Assembly: GCF_009914755.1 (NCBI RefSeq)
Contig: NC_060937.1
DNA from: the human T2T-CHM13v2.0 reference genome, Homo sapiens
DNA length: 64,000 nucleotides
Reading direction: 5' to 3' (one strand)
Part shown: positions 1 through 14,595 of the stretch, piece by piece
Layout of the letters: each line of letters begins with the position of its first letter
How positions within the stretch are numbered: the first letter of the stretch is position 1
Notes under the pieces: generated by a model
Databases searched by the model: none
What the model was told of the DNA's origin: nothing
What the model saw: the letters and a program-made list of their open reading frames with translations, nothing else
Program-made: the position numbers and the translations under genes

Positions 1-95
1 TAGTTATAATTAATATTTATCTTTAATAATTTAAATATTAGTTATGTATTTATTGGCTCATATTATTTAAATTATATATATATTTATATAATTTG

Positions 96-1198
96 CAGTC
101 TGACAATGCAATAGAAAAAAAAACAAAACATTTTCTGAGAAGAAATTCAAGCCAGCTGCAGAAATGTACATAAGTAACAAGAAGCCAAATCCTAATCATG
201 AAGACAATGGGAAAAATGTCTCTAGGCCATGTCCTAGGTCTTCACAGCAGCCCCTCCCATCACAGACCCAGAGGCCTAGGAGGAAAAAATGTTCTCTGGG
301 GACAGGCCCAGGGCCCCTCTCTGTGTGCAGTCTAGGGACTTGGTGCTCTACATCCCAGCCACTCCAGCTGTGACTAAAAGGGACCAAGGTGCAGCTTGGG
401 CCATGGTGTCAGAGGTTGCAAGCCCCAAGCCTTGGCAGCATCCATGTGGAGTTGAGCCTGCATGTGCACAGAAGTCAAGAAGCAAGGCTTGGGAGCCTCA
501 GCCTAGATTTCAGAGGATGTATGGAAATGCCTGGATGTCCAGGAAGAAGTTTACTGTGGGGGAGAGGGGGTGATCATGGAGAGCCTCTGCTAAGGAAGAG
601 GGGAAGGGAAATGTGGGGTTGGAGCCCCACACAGAGTCCCCACTGAGGCGCTGCCTGTGTGAGAAGAGGACCACCATCTTCCAGACCCCAGAATGGTAAA
701 TCCACTCACAGCTTGCATATACACCTAAAAAAAACCTCAGATGCTCAACACCAGCCTGTGAAAGCAGCTAGGTGGGAACCGTACCTTTCAAAGCCACAGG
801 GGCAGAGCTGCCCAAGGCCATGGGAGCCCACGTCTTGCATCAGCATGACCTGGATGTTAGACATGGAGTCAAAGGAGATCATTTTGAGGCGTTAAGATTC
901 AACTGCCTTGCTGGAGTTTGGACTTGCATGGGGCCTGTAACCCCTTTGTTTTGGCCAATTTGTCCTGTTTGGAATGGGTATAGTTACCCAATGCCTGTAC
1001 CCCCATAGTATCAAGAAAGTAACTAACTTTCTTTTGATTTTACAGGCTTATAGGTGGAAGGGACTTGTCTCAGATGAGACTTTGGACTGTGGACTTCTGA
1101 GTTAATGCTGAAATGAATTAAGACTTGAGGAACTGTTGGGAAGGTATGATTGGTTTTGAAACTTGAGGACACAACATTTAGAGGGGACACAGGCAAAA
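96..1198 (+). mobile_element. THE1 (MaLR) internal region, 3' part
   Basis: Typical THE1-int motifs (gaaattcaagccagctgcagaaat, cctagatttcagaggatgtatggaaatgcctggatgtccagg) running directly into the LTR. Confidence 0.9.
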
Positions 1199-1563
1199 TA
1201 ATATGGTTTGGCTCTGTGTCCCCACCCAAATCTCATCTTGAATTGTAGCTCCCATAATTGCCATGTGTTATGGAAGGACCTAGTGGGACATAATTGAATC
1301 ATGGAGGCAGTTTCCCCTATACTGTCCTTGTGGTAGTCAGTAAGTCTCACACGACCTGATGGTTTTATAAGGGGTTTCTGCTTTTGCTTGGTTCCCATTC
1401 TCTCTCTTGCCTTTTGCCATGTAAGACATGACTTTTGCCTTCTACTATGATTGTGAGGTCTTCCCAGTCATGTGGAACTGTGAGTTCATTAAACCTCTTT
1501 TTCTTTATAATTTACCCAATCTCAGGTATGTCTTTATCAGCAGTGTGAAAACAGACTAATACA
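1199..1563 (+). mobile_element. THE1C-like 3' LTR
   Basis: Starts taatatggtttggctctgtgtccccacccaaatctcatc and ends gactaataca; 365 bp. Confidence 0.9.
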
Positions 1564-1767
1564 CTGTCTTTAACATTTTTTCTATTGTTTTGACCTTGGA
1601 AACTGATGATTATTTGTCTTCAAGATGATCTTTTTGTGGAGTATCTTACTGAAGTTCTCTGTATTTCTTGAATTTGAATGTTGACCTCTCTATCTAGGTT
1701 AGGGAAGTTCTCATGGATGATATTTTGATCCATGAGATCAAAAATATCAAAAGTCAACTTTTGCTAA

Positions 1768-2234
<467 letters not shown>

Positions 2235-2814
2235 TTAGATTGTTTCCTCCACATGGTCTATTCTGCTGTTAATACTTATGATTGCATTGTGAAATTCTTG
2301 TAGTGTTTTTCAGCTCTATCAGGTTGGTTATGTTCTCTATACTGGCATTTTGTCTGCCAGGTCATGCAATGTTTTATTGTGATTTTTAGCTCTGTTGTAT
2401 TGGCTTACAACATACTCCTATAGCTCTATGAATTTCATTACTGTTTATATTCTGAATGCTATTTCTGCCATTGCAGCCTCAGCCCTGTTCTGAACCCTGG
2501 CTGGAGAGGTGACGCAGTTATGTGAAGGTAGGAAGTTACTCTGGCTTTTTGAGTTTTCAGTATTCTTGCACTGATTCTTTCTCATCTTTGTGCACTTATC
2601 TAACTTCAGTCTTCGAGATTGCTTACCTTTGGACGGTATTTTGTTTTCTTTCATCCTATTTGATGATGTCGAAGATTTGTTTGTGTTATAAGGTTGATTC
2701 AGCTGACTGGCTTCATTTCTGGGAGATTTTATGGCACAACACTCAGCTCCCAACTTCTGGACTGTGTGCTCTAACTCTGGGGGACTTGTATTAGGCCCCA
2801 GCTTTGTTCTCTTG

Positions 2815-3929
2815 TGTTGGGTCCATCCTGCACACTCTGGCTGAGCGACAAATGAAAAAAGTATTCAGACCCAGTTATTTTGCCTGAGAATGCAGCTAGG
2901 GGACTGCACTGCTTAGCATCGCCAATGAGAGTACAGTCCCACTAAGCCAGAAAACTTTGTATTAATTTAGTACAGATTTGAAGACAAATGCCTGGAGCAA
3001 ACATAATTTGTGGGAAATTAACATTGTTGACCCCTGAGTAGAGAGCAGTCTTGCACATGAATGATCAAAGGTTGGTTTCCTGAGACATAAGTAAACCAAT
3101 TTTTCTAGATATGTTTCTTTACATTCCCTTGTTATCTAACCTTTGCCCTTAAGAGAATTTAGCTGCCTTCAGCTAAATTATTCTCCAAAGTTTTTGGCCT
3201 TCCAAAAAGGTTTGCATCTTTCCCTATAATTTTTCTTACATCTTCTCCCATCACCCTTGAGGCTGGAAATTAAAGAAAGAAAAGTAAAATTAAAAAGAGA
3301 AAGAAACAATCTTTCTGTATTAGGCTGACTCATCCCAAAGGCAGTAACAGGCAAAGCCCAGACCCAGGCAAAGTCTCAATAGCATTATCTAAGAAGCTAG
3401 GGCTCAAAGAATGTGCTCTGGAGAGTCTCCCAGGGCTCCCTCAACATAGGGAGAAGAAAAACAAATTTTCCTTTCTCTTTTGATTCTGTTATTCATCTAA
3501 GCAGCACAGTGAAGATCATGAGACACCTGAGCAGGCCTGGATTGCAGTCCCCTAGATGCCATAGCAAAGGTTATGAGATAAGCCCATGCAAAGCACTGGA
3601 ACAAGCCTAGATAACAGCTATCTGGGCTGCATAGCAAGAGTCATATGTAAGCCTGAGTTGTGAACTTGTCGTAGTATGATTGACTGCCTTTGTTCTTCTT
3701 CTGTATCCTTGCTTTTGAATCATTATACTTTGCACCACTGTAAGCTTGTTTCAAGTTAGACCACCCCCTTTTAGAAGTGTGCATAAAAGGCAAGTGCTGT
3801 CTTTGTTCAGGGTCCAGTCTTTGGATATTAATCTGCTGGTTCTGAGTGCACTCAATAAAAATCCTTCTGTTTCACCTACCAATCTCTCCAGTCTCCTGAT
3901 TCCCACAACAACCTGATCGATCTCTTACA
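2815..3929 (-). mobile_element. LTR22-like (HERV-K HML-5) solo LTR, split by another LTR
   Basis: Reverse complement reads TGTAAGAGATCGATCAGG|GTGATGGGAGAAGATGTAAGAAAAATTATAGGGAAAGATGCAAACC, matching the LTR22 start; pieces are 2815-3257 and 3911-3929. Confidence 0.75.
3258..3910 (+). mobile_element. ERV1-class solo LTR (HERV3/HERV15-related group, subfamily uncertain)
   Basis: TG...CA ends, TATA-like cataaaa near 3782, AATAAA near 3854, 4-bp flanks ccct/acct (TSD with one mismatch); 653 bp. Confidence 0.75.
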
Positions 3930-5459
3930 CTGTGGCTCCTCGAGATTTGGAGTCCACTGTGCTGGGGATAGCAAACTGCAGTACCTGCAGCAAAGTATTA
4001 GTGGATATAGGGGTGTCTGCCTCTCTGCAGGTGTTCACCACAGTATTGGAGGCAAGGCAGCTGTTGGGGGAGCAAGGGCCTTCTGCTGGAGACAGAGTGC
4101 ACTGCTGCACTGTAGGTGGTGATGGCTTGGGGTGGGGTGCTGGCCAGTGGAGGTCTTGAAGCCTTATCTGTGGTCTGCAAGCAGGAGCAATTGCTCAGGT
4201 TGTGGGGGGATCCCCTGCTCTGTGTGCAGCACAGCACAAGGGCAGGGCACTGGTGTAGATGGGGCTTGATGACTCTGTGCCCAACAAGGATCCATCTGCA
4301 GTGGTGGTTGGTGGGGCTTATGGGGGGTCACACTGCATTCCCATGTGCTGTTGAAGCAAGTAAAGCCCACCCATGCAGATATATGCCAGCAAAGTGATGT
4401 GGGGAGATGTGGGCAGTTGCTGTCTCATATCAATTTTAATAAATCTTCTGATATTGTCTCAAATCTTGGAAACCTGTGTCAGCTCAAAAAGACATCCTTG
4501 TATAAAACTGAAATGCTTCTACCTTTAAAATGTATATGTGATAGATTATTTATTCATAGTAGTTGAATTTAATGCAATTAATGTTGTAATGAATACAGAA
4601 CATATTAATATGCTAAGAGTAGACTACTTAAATGTTTGTATTTTCAGTAACTCAAATATAAGCATGTCTATAAATGAACTAAAACAGAATTTTGCCCAAA
4701 TCACTCAAAAAATTAGTTAAATTGAATATGTTTAAAATATACTTAAATACTTTGTATATAATAGATTGTCAAGTAATTAAAATAATTTACATGTTTTATT
4801 TAGGTGTCCTCAACTTTAAAAATATATATCTACATATAATTTACATTATATTACTGACCACATGGCTAAATATGATAGTTTGGCAGAAATCAATTCATAT
4901 TAATTATGAAAGACCTACTTTTGGCAAAAATATTTCTCAAGTTTGATATCAATTCTGACTCTATTATTGACATTGATGTTAAATGTAAACCTCTGTCCAT
5001 ATTCTTCCAGGGACAGAATATCATGAATTAGCATTTTTTTTTACTTATATATCACAGTATCACATACTCAGAAAGCTGTTTTGATAAAATACAACTTTAT
5101 CAGTCATTGCCCAATACTGCAATTATATGTCACAAATGTATCTGTATAACCAAACATAACATATGCAAATTTTTTTTGCTGATTATAATTAATGAATCAA
5201 CCAAATGAGAAAAAAACTCTCAATTCGATATTGACTTAAACTTTCCAATTTACTAAAAGTGTTGGTAATATTTGTTTTAAATGTTTAAATGTTTGAATCA
5301 TATGAATATGTTAAATGAATAAATACTAATGGTATCTTTTACAAGCGGACACTTCAACATTTTGGAGAGGTAAGTGCATACATATTTTTTGTGTGTTCAT
5401 TCACATATAAACAATCTGTGATTAACTTTGATCATACTCCTAAAAAGACTAGGATTTTT

Positions 5460-7510
5460 TTCTGTTTTGTTTATTTTTATATAAAATTTACATAAAATAG
5501 GGTGAACAAATTTAAGTAATATTTATAAGTTTTGACAAATTCATATACATATATAATTAAAATATAGTAATGTTTACTATTATGATGTAGTAACCATCAT
5601 ACCACAAAGTCCACTCATGTTCTTTCTCATTTAACTGCATCTCCATTCCCAAGACAACAACTATTCTATTTACAATAGAATAGTTTTGTCTTCCAGAAAT
5701 CCATATGAATGGAACCATACAACATGTACTTTTGTGTACAGATTAGTTAAAATAATGTTTTCGATATCCATAAATGCTGTTGCATATATAAATAGTTGGT
5801 CTCTTTCAATAGGTAGGTGGTATTTTCTTGTGTGAATATACCAGATTTTTTTCTATTTGTTGTTGAACACATCAGCTTTATTATTTTGGGGTAATTAAAA
5901 GTTAATTCATTATTACAATTCTTATTCAAGTCTTTCTGTGGAGAAGAGTTTTTACTCCTTTTGAATAAGTGCTTAGGAGTGACTTGATTATTGGGAAGTT
6001 GGGTGGATGAATAATTAATTTTATAGAAAACAGCCAAATTGGTTTTCAAATAGTTGAAAATTTATTTAATTTAAATTGTCATTTTGTAAAAGTATTTTTA
6101 AACATATTTTTCTTTGGTAGGTTACAAATGACAGTACATGTATAGTAGTTGAATATCTGCTGACATCTATATTTTTACAAAAATAAATTCTGCTTTCATT
6201 CAAGTGCACAAATATGACCCAATAAATTTTCCTAATATCTCTTTCTAGTTAATACCTCTCATTAATGAAGCAATCACTTTTCTCATATCTGCACCGTAGT
6301 TGTATCTGTTTTTGGAATTAAAACAGTGTGCACTAATTTCTGCCTGGCACCTTTTGGTTCAACATGTGTTTGAGATTAATTGTGTCATTGTGCGTATCAA
6401 AAGCTCATTAATTGTTAATTGGTGAAAGGTAATCTCTCTTGTGTGATTATGTCACACAAGACATTCTTTGATAGACATTTAGAATTTTTCAAATTTTTGA
6501 CTATCTTAAATAAAGTTTCCATATACATGTTTATACAACTTATGTTTTGGTTATGTTTTTTCTGATCGAGGGCCTGTAAACACCTTATAATGGAGTTCTT
6601 TGTCATAGTATAGGTGTATGCTTAACATTATGAGAAAATAAGACATTTCCAAAGAGTTTTCAGAAGTTTTTAAAACATTTTACATTTCTACCATCAAGGT
6701 ATGAGAGTTCCAGTAGCTCTAAATCCTTACAAAACTTTGTGCTGCCAGTCTCTATGAATCTGTTAAAGAAATTTTAACGTAACTACAGTTTAATATAATG
6801 GAAGTTTTTGTTAATGTTATCTTTGTGAGTGCTGGATATTTTGTATTTCTGTACAAAATATGAGCTTTTTCTCTAGGACACAGTTAATTTGTTTAAAACC
6901 GCTTGATCCTTTTAGATATTTCTTTTATGATTTTTTGTTGCGTTCAACTCAGTACTCAGTTTAAATGTAATTAATTTCTACCCCTGAGGCAAGACCTTTT
7001 AAATTGCTTTACCAAATGCACTGTGAATTTAGCTTTTTTCTTTCATTTGGCTGGCAAATACAGGTATAATCCAGGTCATATGTGAATGTCAGGCACTGGT
7101 TTTTGTTGTTGTTATTGTTTGTTTGTTTTTAATCTTTGAAGATGCTTGTTTCCCTGGCAGTGAGCAGATTACTCACATATATACACTAATCAGTATTCTG
7201 CTAAGCACTGAAAGGAGAACATCTGTAGATATCAGAGATTTCTCTCTTTGAATCTCTAGCTTCTCAGACCTAGAAACTCTAGTTACCTTAGTCTCCTGGA
7301 TTTCTTGGCTTTGTACAACTCTAGGAGCCCACTTTCTCTGCCCCACTGCTGGAAACTCTAGCCACTAAATTAGGGCAGTAGCAGGGTTTAACTCCTTTGT
7401 TTTCTGTCTTTCGGGAATTAATTCATTCCCTCATATCCAGAGTATTGTATTTCTGTGGGTGTTTCCTTGATTTTGTTTTTCAAGCAAGAAGATAAATCTA
7501 GTCTTCGGGT
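5460..7510 (-). mobile_element. Ancient L1M fragments
   Basis: Degenerate antisense L1M 3'UTR motifs (atatgaatggaaccatacaacatgtact, gtatgagagttccagtagctc). Boundaries approximate; several pieces. Confidence 0.55.
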
Positions 7511-9216
7511 AGTCTTTCTTTAATAATTAGTGAGGGGTACTATTATACCTCATTACATATTTGTGTTTCTTCATTCAAAATATTTCTGTTCAGAGTAAAT
7601 CCTGACATCAGAAGCAAGATATTCTGAATTATTTTAGGGTATTTTGAATTCAGGAACATTTCAAAACGGAGCAGCAGGCATGTTGATGGTATTTAACAAT
7701 GTCATGTCTCTTATTCTCTGAATATTGTCGAAGTGTGAAATTCTCTTAAGAGTCACTTGAGAGCATAACAAAGCTAAGAGGTGGGCAATAAATATTAAAT
7801 GTTCAAACTTGCCCTCTTCACATATTTAAACATAGCCTTTCTTTTCAGCTACTTCTAATACTCTTTTTAGAGTAAGTCATTAACTAGGAGGAATAACATC
7901 TTTGAAAAAGTGAAGCAGTGTAGGATAATGTTTCCCTTATGTTAAGTGTATCTGTTAGGTTTTCTGGTGTATTTTCAGTAGACTTCAATTAAAATATGTA
8001 AATAAAATGTTGTATAGTATCTTTCAAATATAGAATTCTGTTTTAATAAACATGTTTATCCAAACATATCATGAAGTAATTATTATAATTAGGGTTGATC
8101 TATCTTTTCTTTATTTAATAAAATGATTAATAACATTAACTTTCTATTTTCAAAATTTAAAATATTATATGTTAGCAGAGAGAACAATTTATAGTGATAT
8201 GTACATTTTTTTCCATTAAGTACACTGGTATAGTTTAATAATAATGCCTAATAAGATCAATGGAATTATTTCTTGTTCATTTATATGTCATTTACCTAAT
8301 TATTCTCAAACTCAGAATGCAAAGGGAAATCAATTATGTTACTATGCCTTTGTCATAACTATTGCCTCATAAATAGCATGCATTTAGCTACACACTTCAT
8401 ACTATTGCAATTCAAATATTGTGAAATACCAACTCAATTTACCATTGTTTTGTAATTTTTTGGAAATGAAAAATTTCTTGCCCACCTAAATGTAATCTTA
8501 ACTAGAATGCTTTGGTAAACTTTCTTAACAAATTTTTCTTCATTATACTTACATGTATTTTGTGATATAATACAATTACATACAGTTTCAGTTATATCAG
8601 TTTTTAAGAAGATTTGTATTTTCCTCCCGATATAATGAAAATTGATTTGGCAGTGACTACTAGCATTACAAAGGTGGTTGACATTTTAATAACTTGAATG
8701 AGAAAATCTGCAGCTCCATGTCTGTGTGTAGCAACACAAATACATTTTATCAAAAAAGAAAATAATTTGCCTGAACAGTTAACTGAAGTTAACATTATTT
8801 TTATTTTTAATCTTCAAGATTAAATCAGGATAAACAATACCACTATACTAAAAACATAATCAACATACTTGATAGTTTTATATGTTAGGTAATAGATTTT
8901 TGATGTGAATACCTAAAATGGAAAAAAGTGAGTATTTTTAATTCTTGGATTCTAAAGCCTTTATAAGATAAATGATTTCAAATTACTTCCTTCAAATGTA
9001 GCACAAATTTTGAACTTTATCAATTTATTTCCTTTATCTACAGAGGTGATCAAACTCTTGATTTTTTGGTTTAATCTTTACTACAGACTTATAGATTATA
9101 TTATTTTTCTCAATTATTAAGTCTCCACTTGCATCAAAAAATGATGCATATCTACTTCTGTCAGGTAAAGGCAAATAATATTAATAGATATATAAATATT
9201 TTATAAAATCTTCTTA

Positions 9217-9621
<405 letters not shown>

Positions 9622-9999
9622 TCAGGCAAAAATGGGAAGTTTTCTTGGAAATCCGCTTCCTAAAACCTGTGCTATTGTTTTAAAGGCCTGAAATATCAGA
9701 GTATGTTTAAAGCAACGATTACTGACCCTTGTCCCTCCACTTCCAGAAAAATGTGTGGATTGCTGTCCTGAAAATGAATAAACCAGGTTAAATAGTAGAA
9801 ATGGGAAAAGTTGTGATTTTGAAGTATAGTCCACAGGCTGGCTGTCACAGCAGGAAGCTACTAATTTAATTTATATCGTTCTTAAAGTAATCTACAGAGA
9901 TAACTAGTAAAGATAAAGAAAATGATTCTATATAGGAAGTCATCATTCCAGGATTTGAGGAATCCTTCCAAGTAATTTTGGCAGAAGCAGCAAGCATCA

Positions 10000-10850
10000 T
10001 ACTTTCAAAGCTAATAAAGAATGGAAGGAAACAGGACACATTTTGCAATAAGTAGCAGGAAAAATAACAGAAAAAAGTCACAAAAATTGCTGTTCTGGTA
10101 TTATTACAGACACATTGAAAAACATGTATTTGTATTATGTTCTAAGAAGTAAATTTGAAAATATCTGCCAAATGAAAAAAATACAATGTAATCTTTCAGT
10201 TTTAACATGAAACTAATAACAAATTTTAAAGATAAATGATATTATGACTAAAATTAAACATTAGGAGCATGAGTATGATAATATTTTGGACACAGCAAAA
10301 GAACTAGATCACTGGAAGCTAAATCAGAAAAGCAAATGAGCACATTTCAATACAGTGAGATGAAAAAATGGAAATGTAGAAGAGTGGTTATCACAAATAA
10401 TGAGTTGTGTGAGGTGATATATTTAAATAGAGAGCTAGAATAAAATAAATGGAGCAGATAAATATGTGAATACTTAATGGTTTAAACTTTCCAAAATGAT
10501 GAAAGATACATGTGTCCATTCAAGAAACACAGTAAATTTCAAGGAAAAAATAACCACTGAATTAACACTTAACAATAAATCTGATGTGAGAGAAAGAGAG
10601 AAAACAAGAGCCGGAAAGACAGAGAGAGACAGAGAAAAAGAAATCCTTAAAACAACCATAGGGGAAAAAAAAAAGACACTTTAAAATGTGGCAGCTGGAC
10701 TACTTATTAAGAGCAACATAGTAACCTAAATACATTTTATAATTTACTTCCTTTCATCACACTAAAGATATCTTGATTTACAATCTTGATTTTTAAACCC
10801 AACATATAAATCCTTAATTTATGAACACCTGATACTCACCAAGGAAACCC
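10000..10850 (+). mobile_element. Ancient L1M/HAL1 ORF1-like fragment
   Basis: A-rich degenerate ORF1-like sequence (aactttccaaaatgatgaaagataca, gaaatccttaaaaca). Confidence 0.45.
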
Positions 10851-12085
10851 TAAAAGACAGAAGAGCCAAAATGGCCAGCAAGACAGAGCCAGGAAGATCC
10901 TCCACTGAAAGAGCTGACTCTCAAGAAAACCAGCACACTCTGAGCAGATCTTCAAAAGGAAAGCATTGAGAGTGGAAGGAGAGAGGATGGAGACACTGGG
11001 CTAAAGGATCAGAAAGCTGGGAACCCAGCATGGGATTGTGGAGCACAAGGACTCATTCCTGACCCTGAGAGGTGAGGGAAGGGGTGAGTTAAATATGATG
11101 GAGTGGCTTACTCTTTCCAAAGAGCTCCAGAATCCTAGCTTTACGAGACTTCACAATCCCCATGGACATTCGAGCTAGCAAGGAGAGTTGCTTGGAGAAG
11201 TAGCAAAGACAGGATTCCAGTACGTGTAGAGCCCAGATAGTTTGACATAAGAATGGTTCCGGTGAAGCACAGCCAGGGACACCCATTTCCTAAGGCTTAC
11301 CACACGCCTCTGAGTGACTTTGGTCATTATTGATTGTCAGACCTGCACAGAGAAGGGCTGTCTTGCCCGTGGGATATGCCAATGTGATTAGATGCTCTCC
11401 TGTCGACTGGCCTCTCCTGGGGTCCCCGCCAGGCCATACCCTCTTGGAGGGCAGCTTTGCATGCCCAACGAGGGTGCTTCTCAGTGGCCATCACCATAGC
11501 AGCAGACTCGACTCTGCTCTCACTGGAGAGCTTCTGCAAATATACCTCCAACAGTGCACACCTACTTACAGTCCCCCCTCACTGCATTGCCGGCATGCAC
11601 TGTGCACAGTCTCCACTCACTGTTTCGCCAGTGTGCACATATGCAGAGTCCTCACTGCAACTGCATGGGCCCCACTGATGTGTGTGTGTAAACCCTGACA
11701 ACCTGCCACTGCCAGGGTGAGTATGAGTATAACATGCCACACTGCACCCCTGCTGCAGCTGGTGCACATGTGCGTAAGCATGGACCCCTCAGCAAATGCT
11801 CCAATGAAGCACTTTTGTTGGTATCCCCCATTGGACTGTTGTTGCCAGTGGACTGAGAATGCTGTGGCCCTGTCAGTGCAGCAGGTACTTCATCTTGAGG
11901 GGGCATATAACAAAGCTGTGGGCCAGGTCCCAATCCCCCCAGTGTTAGAGCACACATCCCAGGAGAGCTGAGCTGAGCCTTGGCCACCTGAAATCATCCA
12001 GAAATGAAGCCAGTCAATTAAATGCAACTTATAGCATAGTAAACCCTCAACTGCATCAAAGTATACAAGTAAAAAGCCCCATGCA

Positions 12086-12113
12086 AAACAAACAAACAAA
12101 CAAACAAACAAAC
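12086..12113. repeat. (AAAC)7 microsatellite
   Basis: Read directly from the sequence. Confidence 0.9.
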
Positions 12114-12415
12114 TTCAACGATTAAAGGAAGATTAGCTCACAGAGATGAGAAAGAACCAGAACCAGCATAACTACACTGGCAATTCAATAACACAGAGTG
12201 TCTATTTTTAGGTGACCACACTAACTCCCCAGCAACAGCTGTTAACCAGACTGAAAAGACTGAAATAATAGACAGAATTCACAAGCTTGATGGCAATGAA
12301 GGTTACTGAGATTCAGGAGACAGTTAAAAGCCCATCCAAAGAATCTAAGGAATCAATTAGAAAGAAACAAGAGCTAAGAGACGAAATAGTCATTTTTTTA
12401 AAAGACCCAAACTCT

Positions 12416-12697
12416 TGCCAGGCACAGTGGTTCACACCTGTAATCCCAGCAATTTGGGAGGCCGAGGCAGCCAGGTTACCTGAGTTCAGGATTTCGAGAC
12501 CAGGCTGGCCAACATGGTGAAACCCCATCTCCACTAAAAATACAAAACTTAGCCAGGCATGGTGGCACACACCTGTAGTTCCAGCTACTCGGGTGACTGA
12601 GGCAGGAGACTGGCTTGAATTGAGAGGTAGCAGTGAGCCGAGATCACACCACTGCATTCCAGCCTTGGTGCCTTGGTGACAGAGCAAGACTCCATCT

Positions 12698-12750
<53 letters not shown>

Positions 12751-12763
12751 AAAGAAAGACAAT
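12416..12763 (+). mobile_element. AluS element with tail converted to (CA)n
   Basis: Full Alu dimer; TSD gacccaaactc at 12404-12414 and 12764-12774. Confidence 0.9.
12700..12745. repeat. (CA)23 microsatellite
   Basis: Perfect dinucleotide run at the position of the Alu tail. Confidence 0.95.
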
Positions 12764-12924
12764 GACCCAAACTCGTCTAAGAGCTGAGAAACTCACTATG
12801 AGCATTTCATTGTTTAACTGGAAGTATTAACAGCAGAAGGGACTAAACTGAGGAAAAAAACTTAGAGCTGTGAGATGGATTCATTGAATCAACTCAGTTA
12901 AACAAATATAAAGGGGTGGGTCAC

Positions 12925-14086
12925 TGTATTAGTCTGTTCTCATGCTGCTATAAAGAACTGACTGAGACTGGGTAATTTAGAATCAAAATAGTTTTAATTG
13001 ACTCACAGTTCTGCATGGCTGGGGAGGCTCCAGGAAACATACACTTATGGTGGAAGGGGCAGCAAACATGTCCTTGTTGATATGGCTGCAGGAGAGAGAA
13101 GTGCAAAGTAAAGTGGGGGAAAGCCCCTATAAAACCTTCAGCTCTCATAAGAACTCACTCATTATCATGAGAACAGTATGATCCCCATGTCTAATCACCT
13201 CCCACGATGTCCTTCCCCCAACATGTGGGGATTACAATTTGCATTACAATTCAAGATGAGATTTTGGGTAGGGACACAAAGCCAAACTATATTATTCTGT
13301 CCATGGCCCCTCGCAAATCTCATGTCCTCACATTTCAAAACACAATTATGCCTTTCCAAGAATCCCCTAAAGTCTTAACTCATTTCAGCATTAACCCAAA
13401 AGTTCAAGTTCAAAATCTCATCTGAGAAAAGGCAAGTCCCTTCCACCTATGAGCCTGTAACATCAAAAGCAAGTTAGTTATTTCCTAGATACAATGGGAG
13501 TGCAGGTACTGGGTAAATACACCCATTGGAGATGGGAGAAATTGACCAAAACAAAGGAGCTATAGGCCCCATGCAAGTCTGAAATCCAACAGAGCAGTCA
13601 TTAAACCTTAAAGTTTCAAAATGATGTCCTTTGACTCCATGTCTCACATCCAGGTCACACAGATGCAAGAGATGGGATATCATGGCTTTGAGAAGCTCCA
13701 CTCCTATGGCTTGGCAGGGTACAGCCTCCCTTCTGGCTGCTTTCACAGGTTGGTGTTGAGTGCCTGCAGCTTTTCCTGGTGAGTGGTGTGAGCTTTTGGT
13801 GGATCTATCATTCTGGGATCCGGAGAATGACGGCCCTCTTCTCACAGCTCCACTAGTCAGTGCCCCAGTGGAGACCCTGCATGGGTGCTCTGACCCCACA
13901 TCTTCCTTCTGCCCTAGCAGAGGTCTCCATGAGGGCCCTTCCCCTGCAGCATACTTCTGCCTAGACATTCAGGTGTTTCTATATATCCTTTGAAATTCAG
14001 GCTGAGGTTCCTAAAGCTCAACTCTTGTCTTCTGCACACACACAGGCCCAATATCACATAGACTCTACCAAAGCTTGGGGTTTGCA
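12925..14086 (-). mobile_element. THE1D/MSTA-like MaLR: 3' LTR (12925-13294) plus truncated internal region
   Basis: LTR runs tgtattagtctgttctcatgctgctataaag...gccaaactatatta; the internal sequence stops abruptly at 14086 with no second LTR. Confidence 0.85.

Positions 14087-14595
<509 letters not shown>

Larger units (their letters stand above)
10860..12915 (+). mobile_element. L1 (L1PA15/16-L1PB-type) 5'UTR and start of ORF1
   Basis: Begins gccaaaatggccagcaagacagagccagg; GC-rich UTR followed by ORF1-like sequence (gatgagaaagaaccag; ORF 12287 EIQETVKSPSKESKE). Confidence 0.75.

Noticed and set aside
1-95. AT-rich inverted repeats at the window start
   Set aside because: Low complexity and cut by the window edge, so not interpretable.
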